From Marsupella aquatica (Eukaryota > Plantae > Marchantiophyta): a stretch of 64,000 nt of DNA. The notes beneath the pieces were generated by a model, which was not told the origin of the DNA, ran no database searches, and saw only the letters and a program-made list of their open reading frames with translations. Below, in pieces: positions 50,200 to 63,000 of the stretch. The stretch is taken from assembly GCA_973895155.1 (NCBI GenBank), contig OZ316896.1, positions 22,277,722-22,341,721 of the forward strand. The letters run 5' to 3'. Positions within the stretch are counted from its first letter, which is position 1. Each line of letters begins with the position of its first letter. The position numbers and the translations under genes are program-made.

Positions 50200-51900
50200 C
50201 CGTTTGGTTATCCCCCAGTCGGTAGTGTCTCCTTTTGCTCATCTTTCATTGCTGACGCTCTCCAGGCTGCCTTAGCCCCTATTCCTATGCTCCCTAAGTT
50301 AGCAGACTCTCAGGCAGCATTTGGGTTGTTGTTGAGATGCATCCACCCTCGTGCGTCCTATTTGGCTCGGACACATCCCCCTACCGAGGATCTTTATCTA
50401 CACCTCTGAGCATTTGATCTCTCCATTCGTGAGACTTTGGCCTCTCTTTTAGGGCCAGGTACTTTGCTCTCATCTCCGTGGCTTTATCAACAGCTCAGTC
50501 TTCCTATTTCTCACGGTGGTTTTGGGCTTACTTCCACTGAGCGCCTTGCACCTTTGGCCTTCTTGGGCGCGTGGGCGGCCGCCTTCTCATTGTTGGCTGA
50601 TCGTTTCCTTGCTGAGGATCGACCTTTTTTACTTTTGTCTCTCATGGAGGTCGAGGAGGGTTCCCTCCCATTTCAGGTTCATTTGCGCACGGCGCGGTCA
50701 TCATTACCCGATCCTGTTCGAGCTGCGTTACCTTCATTCCAGGAGTTTTTATCCTTGGACCCCGTCCGTCTTCAGGCAGACCTTGCTGGGCGTATGCACG
50801 CTTTCACCCTCTCCAGCATCCTCACCGAGGCACCTGACACAGACCGAGCTCAGATTCTTTCTTCCGGAGGGAAGGGCGCAGGAGGCTGGCTTCAGGCCAA
50901 TCCAGTCATTCCTCACCTGCGGATGTCTTCAGCGGAGTTTGCGACAGCCATGCGTCTTCGTATGGGCTTGCCCCACCCACTTCTTGCTGGTTTATGTCCT
51001 ACTTGCACTTGTGGGAAGCCTTGTGATGCCACAGGTGTCCATCTTCTTCAATGCAGTTTGGGCGGCGAAACCATTTTTGTTCACGACGTTGTGAGAGATG
51101 CGACTGCTCAGGTTCTCTCTGGCTCTTTGGTCTGCGCGCGGCGGGAGGTGGTGCTCGAGTTACCTGGTCCTCCATCACAGCGGTTACGGGTGGATCTTAC
51201 CATGGTCCGTGAAGGTCACCGTACTTTGGCAAATGTAGTGGTGGCAAACCCATTGCGCCAAGACATCATTGGGACAACGGCAACAACGGCAGGGGCAGAA
51301 GCATCACAAGCAGCAACAACGAAGGAGGCCAAATATGTTGCACGAGCTTCATCTGATAGCTTCCTGCCCCTTGCTCTTGAGATATTTGGGCGTCTCCATC
51401 ATCAGTTCGACGGGCTTCTTTGCCAAGCTGCTCGGGATGTTCACGGCCGAATGGGTCCCACCAGGCCCCCACTATCTGTTTTGACCACGCACTTTTGCCA
51501 ACGCATTTCAGTCACCTTACAGCGTGCTCAAGCTCGGGCCGTCTATTGTCGATCTCTGAGAGTGGGTGCTAGTGTGACTCCGCAGCGGCTAGCCCCCCTA
51601 GAGGACATTCCTGTCCCACTTGCCGATCTAGTTTTGACACTTGATGTAGACCACTAGCTTGTTGCCACATTTGCTAGGTATGATGAGGACCTCGGTCCAT
51701 TTGCGGTAGTTTTAGTTCCTCTTTCTTGGTTTTTAGGGGTTTCTTTTTGCTCACTTCTTTTAGTTCCTCTTTCTTGGCTTTTAGGGTTTCCTTTTGCTCA
51801 CTTCTTTTGCGTTTGGTTTTGTCCACTTGGGACCTCTCTTGTTTATTCTTTTGTACTCTATTTGGCCTTTTTATGTAAAAAGTATGTGTATATTTTGTTG
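50200..51900 (+). mobile_element. 5'-truncated non-LTR retrotransposon with restriction-like endonuclease (CRE/NeSL-like)
   Basis: ORFs 50182-50409 and 50437-51657 are in one frame, split by a TGA. RT thumb LSLPISHGGFGL; CCHC knuckle CTCGKPCDATGVHLLQC; RLE region HDVVRD..RVDLT..KEAKY..FLPLALEIFG; T-rich 3' UTR. Confidence 0.85.
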
Positions 51901-52054
51901 GCCTTGAATAGATCTTTTATCATGTCTCCCGGATTGGGGGTCTTTTAGTTGTTGGCAGTCTGAAATATATTCAGAATACAAAGTAAAATAAGAAGAAAAA
52001 TTAAGAGAAGGACAAAGTAGTGCATTAATAAAGCATTTGGCACTGTATTCTATG

Positions 52055-52192
52055 GAGATAGACTTCATGGACCCCATAAGCTTTTGGATACTTTATATTA
52101 AGGTTGATTTAAGGTCCATCACTCGATTGGATCACTCATGGGGTCCATCAAGTTACTCCTTCTTTATTTGGGGGGTCCTTGAAGTCTATCTC
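52055..52192. mobile_element. 138-bp MITE with 21-bp terminal inverted repeats
   Basis: GAGATAGACTTCATGGACCCC (52055-52075) versus GGGGTCCTTGAAGTCTATCTC (52172-52192), 1 mismatch. No clear target-site duplication. Confidence 0.7.
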
Positions 52193-52276
52193 GTAGCCTA
52201 TAATTGAGGAAAGGCAAAATAGAAAGACAAAAAATAGTTCATTCTGGTATGCGATGCACCTACTGTACTCCGTTTT

Positions 52277-53533
52277 GAATAGGATAATGTCCTGGTTAGA
52301 GGGCATTGTGGGATATAATGCCCTGAAAAACGAGGGCAATAGCCCAAGTTTTGAGGGCATTATTTTCATAATGCCCATAACTAGGACATTAATACACCTA
52401 AAAACTTGAGTGACATTTCCATAACAAACAAGAAAAAGTGAATCCTTGAAATAGAAAATTCAATTTAAAGGGTCATCCAAGAAATGGTTGTTATGGAATT
52501 GGCCAAAAATATCCATTCTTCAGTTATATTATATTCTATTCATAGAAATTTTGTTAGCTACCATATAAGATTTGGTTATTATCTTGAGATCTTGACTAAA
52601 TTGAATTATTTCTTTGTATGGTAAAACTATATTTAATTTTTACTTTTACTATATTTATGGTGTTTTGTATAATCCCCTCCTCAAAAAAAGGGGTGCATTA
52701 TGGAGAATTAATGCACTCAAATATACAAAGAGAAAAGTCACTAAAGGCTTTACTTACTTTATTTAGCCCCTTTTTTAACACATCTATTTTTGTGAATTTT
52801 TCTCTTTGTATTTTTTAGAGTATTAATTTTCCATGCAGCCTCCTTTCTTTTGAGGAGGGATTATGCAAAACACCGTAAATGTAGAAAAAATAAAACCCAA
52901 ATATTAGTTTACTATATATAAAACAAAAAAATAAATTGTATTCAAGATCATAAGATTTGCTTATAATTTATATAATTCATGTTTTTGTCAATTGCATAGC
53001 AACCACTTCGTGCACGGCCCTTTAACTCCAATTTTATATTTAAGAGATCCATTGTTTCTTGTAGTTCACTCAAATTTGTACATCTGTTAATGTTCTGGTT
53101 ACAAGCATTATAAGGATAATGTCACTCAAAACTTGGGCTGCAACCAATTGGCTTACTTAGGTCAATTGGCTAGGGGACTTGCCTGGAACTGAGAGGTCCC
53201 AGGTTCAATCCCCCCTCCACACACTTGTGTGTGGGTGGGATAGGTTTTGTGGGTAATGGATTGGAGTTCTGATTATCTGCTCGGCCCCTGGTTGCCCACT
53301 TTGTGGCCCTGATTAATCCTCTCTCCTTCCTGGTGCGGGTCCCCGTCGGATCCGTTGGGGCTCACCCTGGTCTGGGTTCCCTACAGAAAAACTGTCACAT
53401 TGGGGTGGGGGGGGAGTCTAATTGTATTTCCTCCCCATTTCCGTTCAAGACCAAAAAAACAAAACTTGGGCTGCCACCCCCTGTTAGTGGGGCATTATAT
53501 TAATGTTCTCTAACCAAGACATTATCTTATTCA
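52277..53533. mobile_element. Foldback/MITE-like element: degenerate ~0.93-kb palindrome interrupted by a SINE
   Basis: 52277-52415 is inversely similar to 53065-53141 plus 53475-53533. 52615-52720 is inversely similar to 52818-52918. The centre is at about 52760. Confidence 0.75.
53142..53459 (+). mobile_element. tRNA-derived SINE with 15-bp target-site duplication
   Basis: A-box-like TAGGTCAATTGG (53158), B-box GGTTCAATCCC (53202) and an A-rich tail. CAAAACTTGGGCTGC is duplicated at 53127-53141 and 53460-53474. Confidence 0.9.
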
Positions 53534-56500
53534 TTATGGTTCTTTCTCCTACTAATAAATAAAACTGAAGTCCTTTTCAATAAATTGGTTCTTTGCCTCC
53601 CGTTATGGCTGTCCGGAGAAGTTTGACTTATTACTTTCTAGCACTTTACTGTTTTTGAGTGTAACTAAAGGTGGCTTTACAAAGCCTTGGGCTTAGTTCA
53701 CATACTAAATATAGTGTACTATAGCTAAAAGCTTTTCTGGAATTCTTTTATGGCCCCCAAAACTAAGTGCAACAACTCATGCTAGCGCAAAATCGCTGAA
53801 ATACAAGTAGAGAAACCACTCCACCTGAACTTCAGGGTATCCTTTGGCTAGAGTATTTCTAGCTCTGACAAGAGTCCATCTTATGATGGACATGTTGGTC
53901 CACATTTAATGCAAATGACTCAAAATAGGAATGGACCAAGGGGCAGACTAAGAGACCTCTAGGAGCCATGGTCTAAATTTGGGACAAAAATGTGCTCCAC
54001 ATAACCAAAACTGTGCCCCACTCTATTCCATGTAGGATTGGCAACAGGTCAGGTTGAAAGTGCCCCCAACCTCTTGTAAAATGAATAACAGTCTTTTTCT
54101 CCTCAATGGATGGCCCTGATCACATCTTGGAGACCAAAAAAAAGTAGAAACCGCCACCAAGTTCTTGTAAAGCCACCCTAACCTGCAAGTCCATAAAAGT
54201 TTCTAATGATCCCAGTTTTGGTCCTCACAGGCTTTTTACAACCGCAGGTGTTAGTTGCATCATAGAGGACTCATCGCACCATAGAGGAGTCAAGCATTCA
54301 CTAGTACTCTTTTTGAGCCAAGGCAGTTGGTTTCGCAGGCCTCTAGTCAAATTGTTTTTAGTGACTCTCCTAAACTATTTATTCCAAAGCTCTGCCAGGA
54401 TTTTAGATTGTTGTCAAGTAGGGCTTTAGTTCATTTTGCCATAGTTAGGACTCTTGGGCTTTTGACTCTTGTTTTTTGCCTTGTCCCCCCCCCCCCCCTT
54501 ATTGGACCTGTGCCTTTTGGATCATGTCTCTTAGTATGACACTTTTTGTTCTTTGAAAGCTTTGAATATATACGTTATATATATAGTAGCTCAAAACCCG
54601 TGCTTTGCACATGTATTGTAGGTGTCAATATAACCTCCAAAAAATGAAAATTCCCTTCTAAAGAGCAAGAACTTTTTAATGTCAATCTACTTCCCCATCA
54701 CTCCCTAGTCATAAACCTCCATTTCAGGTCAGTCTGCTCCTTTAATGCTTGATGAATGCCAAAATGTACTTGAGGTATATGTTTGATGGGCCCTATGGTG
54801 GAAGTTTCTTACCTTATGGCCCCTATGAAACTTCTTTTACCTAATAGGCCCCCTCGTAATTAGTTCGTGGACCCCTTGGCTAATAAAATCAGGGGGAAGA
54901 GTCGATCTGAGCCATCTCCATTTCTTATCTCCAGAAATCTCGTCCGTCCATCATAATCGCCAATCTATGGCTCAAAAGAAAGATCTCAAATAGATTTATG
55001 GATGGGTTCTGTCCGTTTTGCAAATGGGTTAATATTTTTCAAATGAAAAATTAAACAAACCCAAGCCTTCCTAGCCGTCAATTTTGTTGATTTTATGATC
55101 TTTGCCGTCCATTTTGTAATGCCTCTAGAAATCTTATTCATCCATGTTAGAAGGCGATCTAGGGTGCAAAAGAAAGATCTCAATGAGATCTACAACTGGG
55201 TATTTTTTGTTTTGAAAATGAGTAAATAGTTTTGAGTATAAAATTTGATGAACTTTCAAAATTCCAGCCATTCCTTCCCCGATCCTGGGTTTCTATGTGC
55301 TCTTCCCAGCCCCTGGGGAATCACTCGGCGGATTCTTCCAACTACGTGCGAACAAATAAAGGGTATTTTAAATCCCGTGCAACTAATAATTAGAATACCA
55401 TAATACTAATGAAGGCAATAACAAAAGACTGAGTTTTCATTTATAATATGTCGAAGGGTACGTTTATAATATTGAGTGCTGGGTATTATTTATTATATTA
55501 TGCAAGGGTATTAGGACACCCTTGTGTGCCAGGTGTCATGTTTTGATTGGGACACGTGTCATGTACTTAGTTTAGGGTATACGATATATGAGCACTTAGT
55601 ATGCTATAGTATGTTGGGGATGGGTTTCTAAACGCTGAAGTGGGGAGACTGAGGGGAGAGGATCATTGGGAGGGGTAGTTGCAAGGCTTGGTCCACCATC
55701 GGGGAGTGTGGAGGGAGTCCAAACCGCGACCATTTTTTTCCAAGGGTTTTGAATATGGGAATCATTGACCCAGGTTACTCTTTGGTGTCAATTTTACTCC
55801 CTATTTTCCTCAACATTTTCCAACCTTAGCAAGGGCGATGACTATGACCTTGTGCAACTAGCAAGCGCGACGGCTACAACCTTGTGCAAGAGCTGGGAGA
55901 TTGATCAAAGGGCAAGGAGAGGACTGAGTGAGCTTGGGACGGAGGACGAGGCAAGGTTGGTTGGGGATTGCTCAAGCTGCTTCCAAGCTTGAGCTACTTC
56001 AAAGCTTTTCTTGCCTCCAAGCTCGAGCTGGCGTCGAGGGTGATGCTGAGGCTCTCTGGTGGAGCCATTGCTGCCCGCACTGCTGCAAGCTATGCGTTGG
56101 GTGAGTGGTCATGTTTTGTCATTCACGACCTTCGATTCTTTAGTGCTTCTCTGGAATCATTCCGCTCTCTCCTTGCCAAAATCTTTTTGGAACTTTGCTT
56201 CTTGTTCCATTTCGGAGCAAGACGGAGAGCTTCATTCACGACTATCTTAGCTCTCAGGGCGCAAAGAGACTTGCTAAGTGGTAGCCGTGGGAGTGCGTGG
56301 GAGCGTGGGAGATCGGACAAGCTCATCATCATCTTTGGCATTCAAAGGCCTCTGCTTTCGTGCTTCAGTATGGTTTCTAACCCTTGTCCTCAATCTATTG
56401 AACAATATTGTATGTTGGGCGCCTATTGGCTGTAGAGAGTTTCCAGAGCCCACCCCGCTACAGCAGCCCGTTGCCCTAGTAAATTGTCAAGAAAAGTCAG

Positions 56501-56679
56501 AATGAAAGCTCAAGGGAGGTCGAAAGCTAGACATTGCAGTGGCTGTTGGCTTAATGAGAGGGTTGTTGTTCAAGCTGTAAGCATTCAACAGGTGCGGATG
56601 TGGCATAGAAGCGACTGTGTATAGAGTTGTGCATAGGAGTAAAGTTACATCATCAGTTATCAATCATTTCCATTAGTTG

Positions 56680-57035
56680 ACCTGATATCAGTCGCCACAT
56701 CATCTCAGAGAGGCCGCCAAGATGCAGCGCCGAAAAAAATATGAAAATTCTCAAAATTTGATGAAGAAAAAAAAACTTTTTTTGAATTTTTTTCACTATG
56801 GGTGTCCATACCGTACGGGCATCACTTCTCGGCGGGGCCAGCCGAGATGGCCAGGTGTCCGTATGGTACAGACACAAAATTTCGGCAAATTTTTTTTAAT
56901 TTTTTAATTTTTTCCGTTTTTTTTGTCCGCACGCCGATCTCGGCGAGGTCAGCTGAGATTGAGTCAATCTTAGCCGCCTAGTTGAGATGCGTGGAAGTGC
57001 AAAGTTGTCATCTTAGCTGCTCAGCTGAGATTCAA
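56680..57035. repeat. Cluster of palindromic atctcggc(N)gccgagat motifs and a ~76-bp hairpin, resembling a DNA-transposon subterminal region
   Basis: Motif variants at about 56702, 56825, 56937, 56967 and 57010. Imperfect inverted arms at 56801-56820 and 56856-56875. Confidence 0.55.
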
Positions 57036-59104
57036 AAAAAAATTGGCGGAAAAATTGATAATTGATGATCCTCGCTACCCCCGTGCATAGCATCGTTTGA
57101 ATAATGTTTGTCGTAAGCTTGTTGAATGTGAGCTTGTGGGACTTGTTGCATTCCTAGAAGAAGAGAAGTTTGTTGGTGTTGTTGCAATTGTTGTCGATCT
57201 TGTTGATTTTCTACAGAGCTCAAAGAGTTCAGCAGATTGGACATGCTGGCACTGACCATGCAATGTTACAGTAGAGTTTATAGGAGGAGAAACATTTCCG
57301 CTTTTTCTTCCCATACACAACCCCTTGAGCTTTTGCCTGCATTTTGTGCACTTCTCTAACATATAGACGGACGAGTTGAGCTCCAAATGGGTTGGACTCA
57401 GGCTTTCCTCCGTGCTCTTTGAATGCAGCTTGGAGAGGCCCTATCAGCGCATTGAGAGAACCCCAGGCCTAGCGCAGTGGGCACCGGCAAGGGTTGGGAG
57501 GGCGTCGACATCCCTCAAGTGACGTTGCTTGTTGTGCAATCCTTGTTGTGTTGTTCCTAGAGCAGCAACCATCACTCCATATACATCCGTGCGCATCCAC
57601 TGGAAGTTTTTAGACTCACTGATGATGATGAGACTTTTGAACAAACTGCTCTTGCAATCCAGTGCTTATGCGCGCATGCAGCTGTGATCAATTTTGTTGT
57701 CCAAGTGATACCAGGCCTACGGTAAAGCTACGATACTCCTCCCTCCTCCTACCCTCCACCTCTTCCTGTAGGCTGTAGCAATAGGCTGAAAGAATGTGTC
57801 CAGAGAAGACCGCAGCTCCCAGCAAATGGTTATTCTAATCCACTTGTGGAGAATTTTATACGGTACCTCTTGTGCACCTGTAGAATGTGTTTCTAGTTTA
57901 GTAAATTACTACCATGGCAGGCCAGCCTACCTTAGGCGGCTGCCTCCTCCTACAGTAGACCTCACAAACACAAATTTGACCTTCGATCAGTCTATTATGG
58001 GCCGAATGTGTTCCTTTGCGAGTCAAGAGAACTATGTTTGGCTCAAACATTTTTTATCTCTTAATCTAACCATATAATTGATTTACTCTGTGTTTGGCTG
58101 AAGCATTCTTTATTCAGCCATAATGTAACTACACAATCAGTGCTTAATAGTTTCCCTACTGTTGCAACTGCAGTAGCTGGAACACTATCTAGCCTGGCTT
58201 GGGAGAACGAGCAACACACGAGGCCCAGAACGAGCCAAGCATCGAACAAGCCAAGCATCGAGGTCTTGTTGTTGAGTTGATTGTTAGTGTGGAGGTAATT
58301 AATTTATATTTGCCTGCACAACGCTACCTTGAAAGTTCTGTGAGATAGAATGATGTTGTGTTGCTCACGAGTCTGAGTCAATGCTCTTTTGTTGGCTATT
58401 TGACATGTTTATATTGTTCGGAGTATGTATTGGAGTTCCTTGTAGATTGGCTCAATCTAGATAATTTTATTGATCAGTTTTAATTTTGCTTAATATTGGT
58501 TATTACGTACCTTGAAGGTACTAAAACAATTATTACTGGAAAGATAGTGTCCCACCAACACTCTTTGCAAATTTGGCAGAGGTAGGCCATTCATTCAACC
58601 TTCTGAATCATATCATTCTATTATCTTGTATTTTATTTTATGACTGAGGTGTTCTATGGCTATTCAATTTCATTTTTTCTATTACACCTAACGACAGGAA
58701 ATGTGCATGTTACCCAGGTGAGATTAAATTAGGAGTCATTTATTTCTTTCAGTTATTTCTTTTCCTGCACTTGCATGTGTGGGCTGGCAGGGATACTCAA
58801 ATCTAAGTAGACCCCAAGGAAGTCATGCCCTTGGTGGAGACTGTTGGAAAGTGATGCCCCAACAGCCTAGCGCTACTTGGGGAGAGGCAGGTTGCCTTTG
58901 AGGGGGAGGGGGCCTTGGAGGTGATTGCCAATGGCAGAGAGTTTAGAGCCTAGTCTTTAGATGTGGGTGGTCCAGGAGATATTCTTGGTTGTGGATTATT
59001 CAACTTACAGATTGGAAGTCTGTGAGTAAATGTCAAACAGACCCAACAACTCTGAGGAGAGGGATTGGAGTGTGGGCTTGGCCCCGACTGCACATGGATC
59101 TAGC

Positions 59105-59275
59105 ACAATTGGGACAAGCTTTATGTGGACAAGCTCAATGCGGCCATACTAGGACAAGCTACTCTGTTCCAAACAGAAAACCAGATTGGGACAAGCTACT
59201 CTGTACCAAACAAAAAACCAGATTGGGACAAGCTACACTGTTATAAACAGAGAAGGCCATACTAGGACAAGCTAA
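59105..59275. repeat. About 39-bp degenerate tandem repeat (ggacaagct core)
   Basis: ttgggacaagctactctgt.ccaaaca.aaaaccaga repeated. Confidence 0.75.
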
Positions 59276-60091
59276 TGAAGGCCATGTGCAGATCCCATAC
59301 CCTCTTGTGCTTACATTGAAGCAAGAGTCCTTGCCAGCAAAGGGTATGACCCTTCCCACCCGAACAACTTCGGAGAAAGCTGCATGGATCTTAAAACGCA
59401 AATCACCAAGAGAAATGGTCGGGATGGGCAAGGCTCTCTTGGGGTTTGTCTTGTGGATGTGGTCTCTATTGGTGAGAATCTGTAGGTCTGTGTATGTTTT
59501 TTCTCATCCTCGTATCAAACACTAATTCTTTCTCTGGTCTAGATCGAGTTAATAATTGTTTGCTTGAAAGCTTATTGAAGTCATACTAAGCAACTAAATG
59601 CAGACTTTTCTTTGGATGGTTTAAACAAATGCCTCCAATAATTCTTGTGTTCTATCCTGCTTGACATGGTCCTCCACCATATAGGCCAACTATCAGCTGT
59701 TATTGATATTCCTGATATGCTTCTGTCCAAGCATTGGGCCATTTAAAACGCCTGAAGAGACTGGATCATTCGAAAACAACCTGCCTTGGATGAGATTCAT
59801 GTAACTATCCAGCTTTGAAGAGACAAAAGACCTGTTTGTTTGCTATAGGTTGTGGCAAGAAATTGTGCTACTACAATTCAAAGGCCTTGCCTCCCCACTT
59901 GCCTCCTTAACCTGTGTGTCAATTGAATACGGATGTTAATGTAGGTGGACTCATGGTGAGCCTCTACAAAGATGATTGTTTGTTGACACATTATATTTAT
60001 TGGGTTTTTTCAACTATTAAGTCCTCTTTCTATTGTTAATGTTTGCAGGAGTGTGTGAATCATCTTTAAATTTGGATGTCTATACTGCAAC

Positions 60092-63000
60092 ATGGTGGCT
60101 GTGGTAGTCTATAAGGTCTTGAAGGAGGGCGGATCTCCACTGCTTATAGGGTCTCTTAGCTATAAATCTGGAGAAACTTTCCATGGCTTTAGAAAAACTG
60201 TTGAGGAACGTGGCCTGTTTGACTTCCCATTCCAATTTATTGACAGCCTCACAGGCTCAAGGATGCACATTCCTTGGGAGAAAGTAAATTTGGTGGAAGA
60301 TTTTGGATGATCCAGTATCTCTGTCATTCCTGTGTATGACTCTGTACCTGAAGTTTCCCAAGATAAACATGATAGACAGGAGCTGGAGTTTGATTCTTGT
60401 ACACCTCCATTCCTCAGTAGCAATGCATCTAATAGTTAGGCAGTCTCTGCAAACACTGGTTCACAAGAGCAGCCAGAGGAAGATGTGCATCCTAACCTTC
60501 TAGAGCCTGCTATAGAGGTACCCATGGAAGTAGACAATGCCCTAGAAGAAGTTTCAAAAGTAGAGTTTTTGTCAAAGCTTATGATCCCTAAACACAAAAA
60601 ATTATGGGAACGTGAAGCTAAGAGACTCCAAGAGTTAATGGCTTCTGAGACCTTCTGTGACCATCGCTGGAGAGTGAAAACTTGGGACCAGGACGATAGC
60701 CCCAGGGGCAACATTCATTGTCTTGAATGTGATGAACAGTTTCATGGATCATCCCGAGGGGGGGTCATGGAGAGAAGCACCATCAGCAATTGTTTCATCA
60801 ATTATAGAAAGAAACATTTGATAACCAACAAACACATTTCTTCTATGTTGAGGAATAGAAAACTTCCAGCAAGTGCAGAAGATGTACAGGCAACTGTGCA
60901 GAGACCAACTGTCCAGGATGACCAAGCTATTCTTGACCAGCATGTGAAAATTGTGGAGAGTGTAAATGTATCTCAAGAAGGAGAGCATGTCACTTTTGAA
61001 ATCCTCAAGTGGTGACCTTCATCGAGAACCTCTTCATTTAGACTTTTTCAAAGTCCGATGTTACTATTGTTTTGAATTGATTCGCTTGGTTCCCAAGCAA
61101 AGAAACTTGGAGTTTAATTTGTCCCAACATTGTGCAAGTTCAAAGCACATTGAAGCTTATGATAGGAGTTGTAAGAATTCCAAAGGTGCTCCTGTGTCTT
61201 CTGGAAGGACAGGACGGCCACCAAAGCCAACTGGCCCAGACAAAAGACAAAGAAAAATTGGTCTATTTTTCTTAACAGACAACTCTCAAAGTGGGCAGAG
61301 CAGCAGATCCTCAAGAGCTAACTCTCACAATGGGCAGAGTAGCAGATCATCAAGGTCTGCCCAGGAGAGAGGGAAAGGTGACCCTTCGTTAACCAATCCA
61401 ACTTCATATTTATGTTGGGGATTGTGGCATTTTTGATCCAATATTTCCAGGCAAGCCAGGCCTATCAAGGACATTTTAAAAGATTTCAAACCAGGGGGAT
61501 TTTGTATACAGAACCCTATGTAGATGAGGAGGTGTTTAATATGAGTACAGGAGAATATTGTCATGTGCAAGGGACATTCAGACACATACACTCTAGTAGA
61601 ATATCTTGTAGTAGATTTGAGGATATGACATGCCAACATTGGTGGAGTATTCAAGCAATGACAGACTTCCGATTGAGAGTTTATAGAGAATCAAATGTTG
61701 TGAGAAAGAGAGGAAGTAGAGACACAAGCGAAGGCTTGCGGTTGAGTTACATGACTGTGGATGAGATTCTGAGGCAAGCCAGACTTCACAGTGGAACTAT
61801 TCACTATTACCAACGGCGGATTAGGAGCTTGCAAGCAAGTGCTGTCATGCTCCAAGCAAGGGTACCTAAATTGCGTGATATGTGTCAGCAATTTGTGTCT
61901 CAAGGCTCTGTGTTGAAATTCTGCAACTCAATCATCATTGCACACAGGAAAGGTGCATTTGGTGGACGGAAAGCAGTGTGGGATTTGATGACAGATATAG
62001 CAAGTAATCTTAATAAGTTAGCAACAGGTCACCGATGGAAGAAAGGTTCTAGACTAATTTGTCAAGCTCTATACCAGCATGGGGGAAGAAATGTGGTTGA
62101 TTGTTTAGCAACCAACATGATTGGACCTAGTCTAATTACTTTATAGAGAGACCGTAGAGGGATGTCTGAATTTAGAGCTGGTGTCCATGCTCAGCAATTT
62201 AAATTCATTGTTGACATCTATGGCAAGATCAAGACTAGCATTGGCATGCATGGTCCATTGCCTTGCTATTTAGCAGAGGATGAAACCTGTGTGAAGAGGA
62301 CAGTTAGATGGTTGCCAAAGCATGACACACTATTGGGTTTCCGTGGAACAAAAACAGATCATGTTTGCATTCCAGGGTTGGAGATCAAGGTAGGAGAGGG
62401 TGATGTGGGTTTCAATAATGTACTGAAAGCATTTGAAAACAATGTGGTGGGATGGCAAGTCCGCTGCATTATGGTGAACCCTTTGCATAAAGAGTTTCCA
62501 AGACTAAGTATGGTGTGCATGACAACTTGCAACACATTTGATGCTCCATGGGTTAGAAAACAATGGAATGAGATTGATGCTCTCTGGACAGAGATTTGCT
62601 CTATGTCAGTTGGGCCATTGTTGGGTCATGCCAGTGATGGAGATTCACGAAGACGGAAGTTGATGTTAGAAGATTTTGTAGGGACAAATTCAAGTCCAGG
62701 AGTAACACACAGACGCCAAAATGTTGGATGGATAGGGTGGCCATTGAGCCATTCTGTATTACAGGTGGGAGACAAAGTTTATGCTCATAGATTACATGAC
62801 CAGGATTACATTCATAATGCCAAAAAGTTAATCAATCCATTGGATTCTGCTGCAAAGGTATTGAAATTGGGTGCTACACTTGTTAGCTTTAGTCATGTTG
62901 AACAGGTAAGTAAAACATACTCTATTGCAGAGCATGGTTTAACCCTAGAAGACATGTCTAGAAACGAGAGACAAAATTGGACAAGTGCTCAAAGAATCTG

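Noticed and set aside
53150-53222. Possible tRNA gene
   Set aside because: A and B boxes are present but there is no convincing cloverleaf. It is followed by a body, an A-rich tail and a 15-bp target-site duplication, so it is a SINE head.
54585-54612. Possible reverse-oriented canonical Helitron 3' end (acccgtgctttgcac)
   Set aside because: The hairpin is partial and the CTRR terminus is not intact, so there is too little support to annotate it.
55500-58300. Short ORFs (55968-56435, 57075-57386 and others) as genes
   Set aside because: No recognisable domains or consistent splice model; probably decayed TE-internal sequence.
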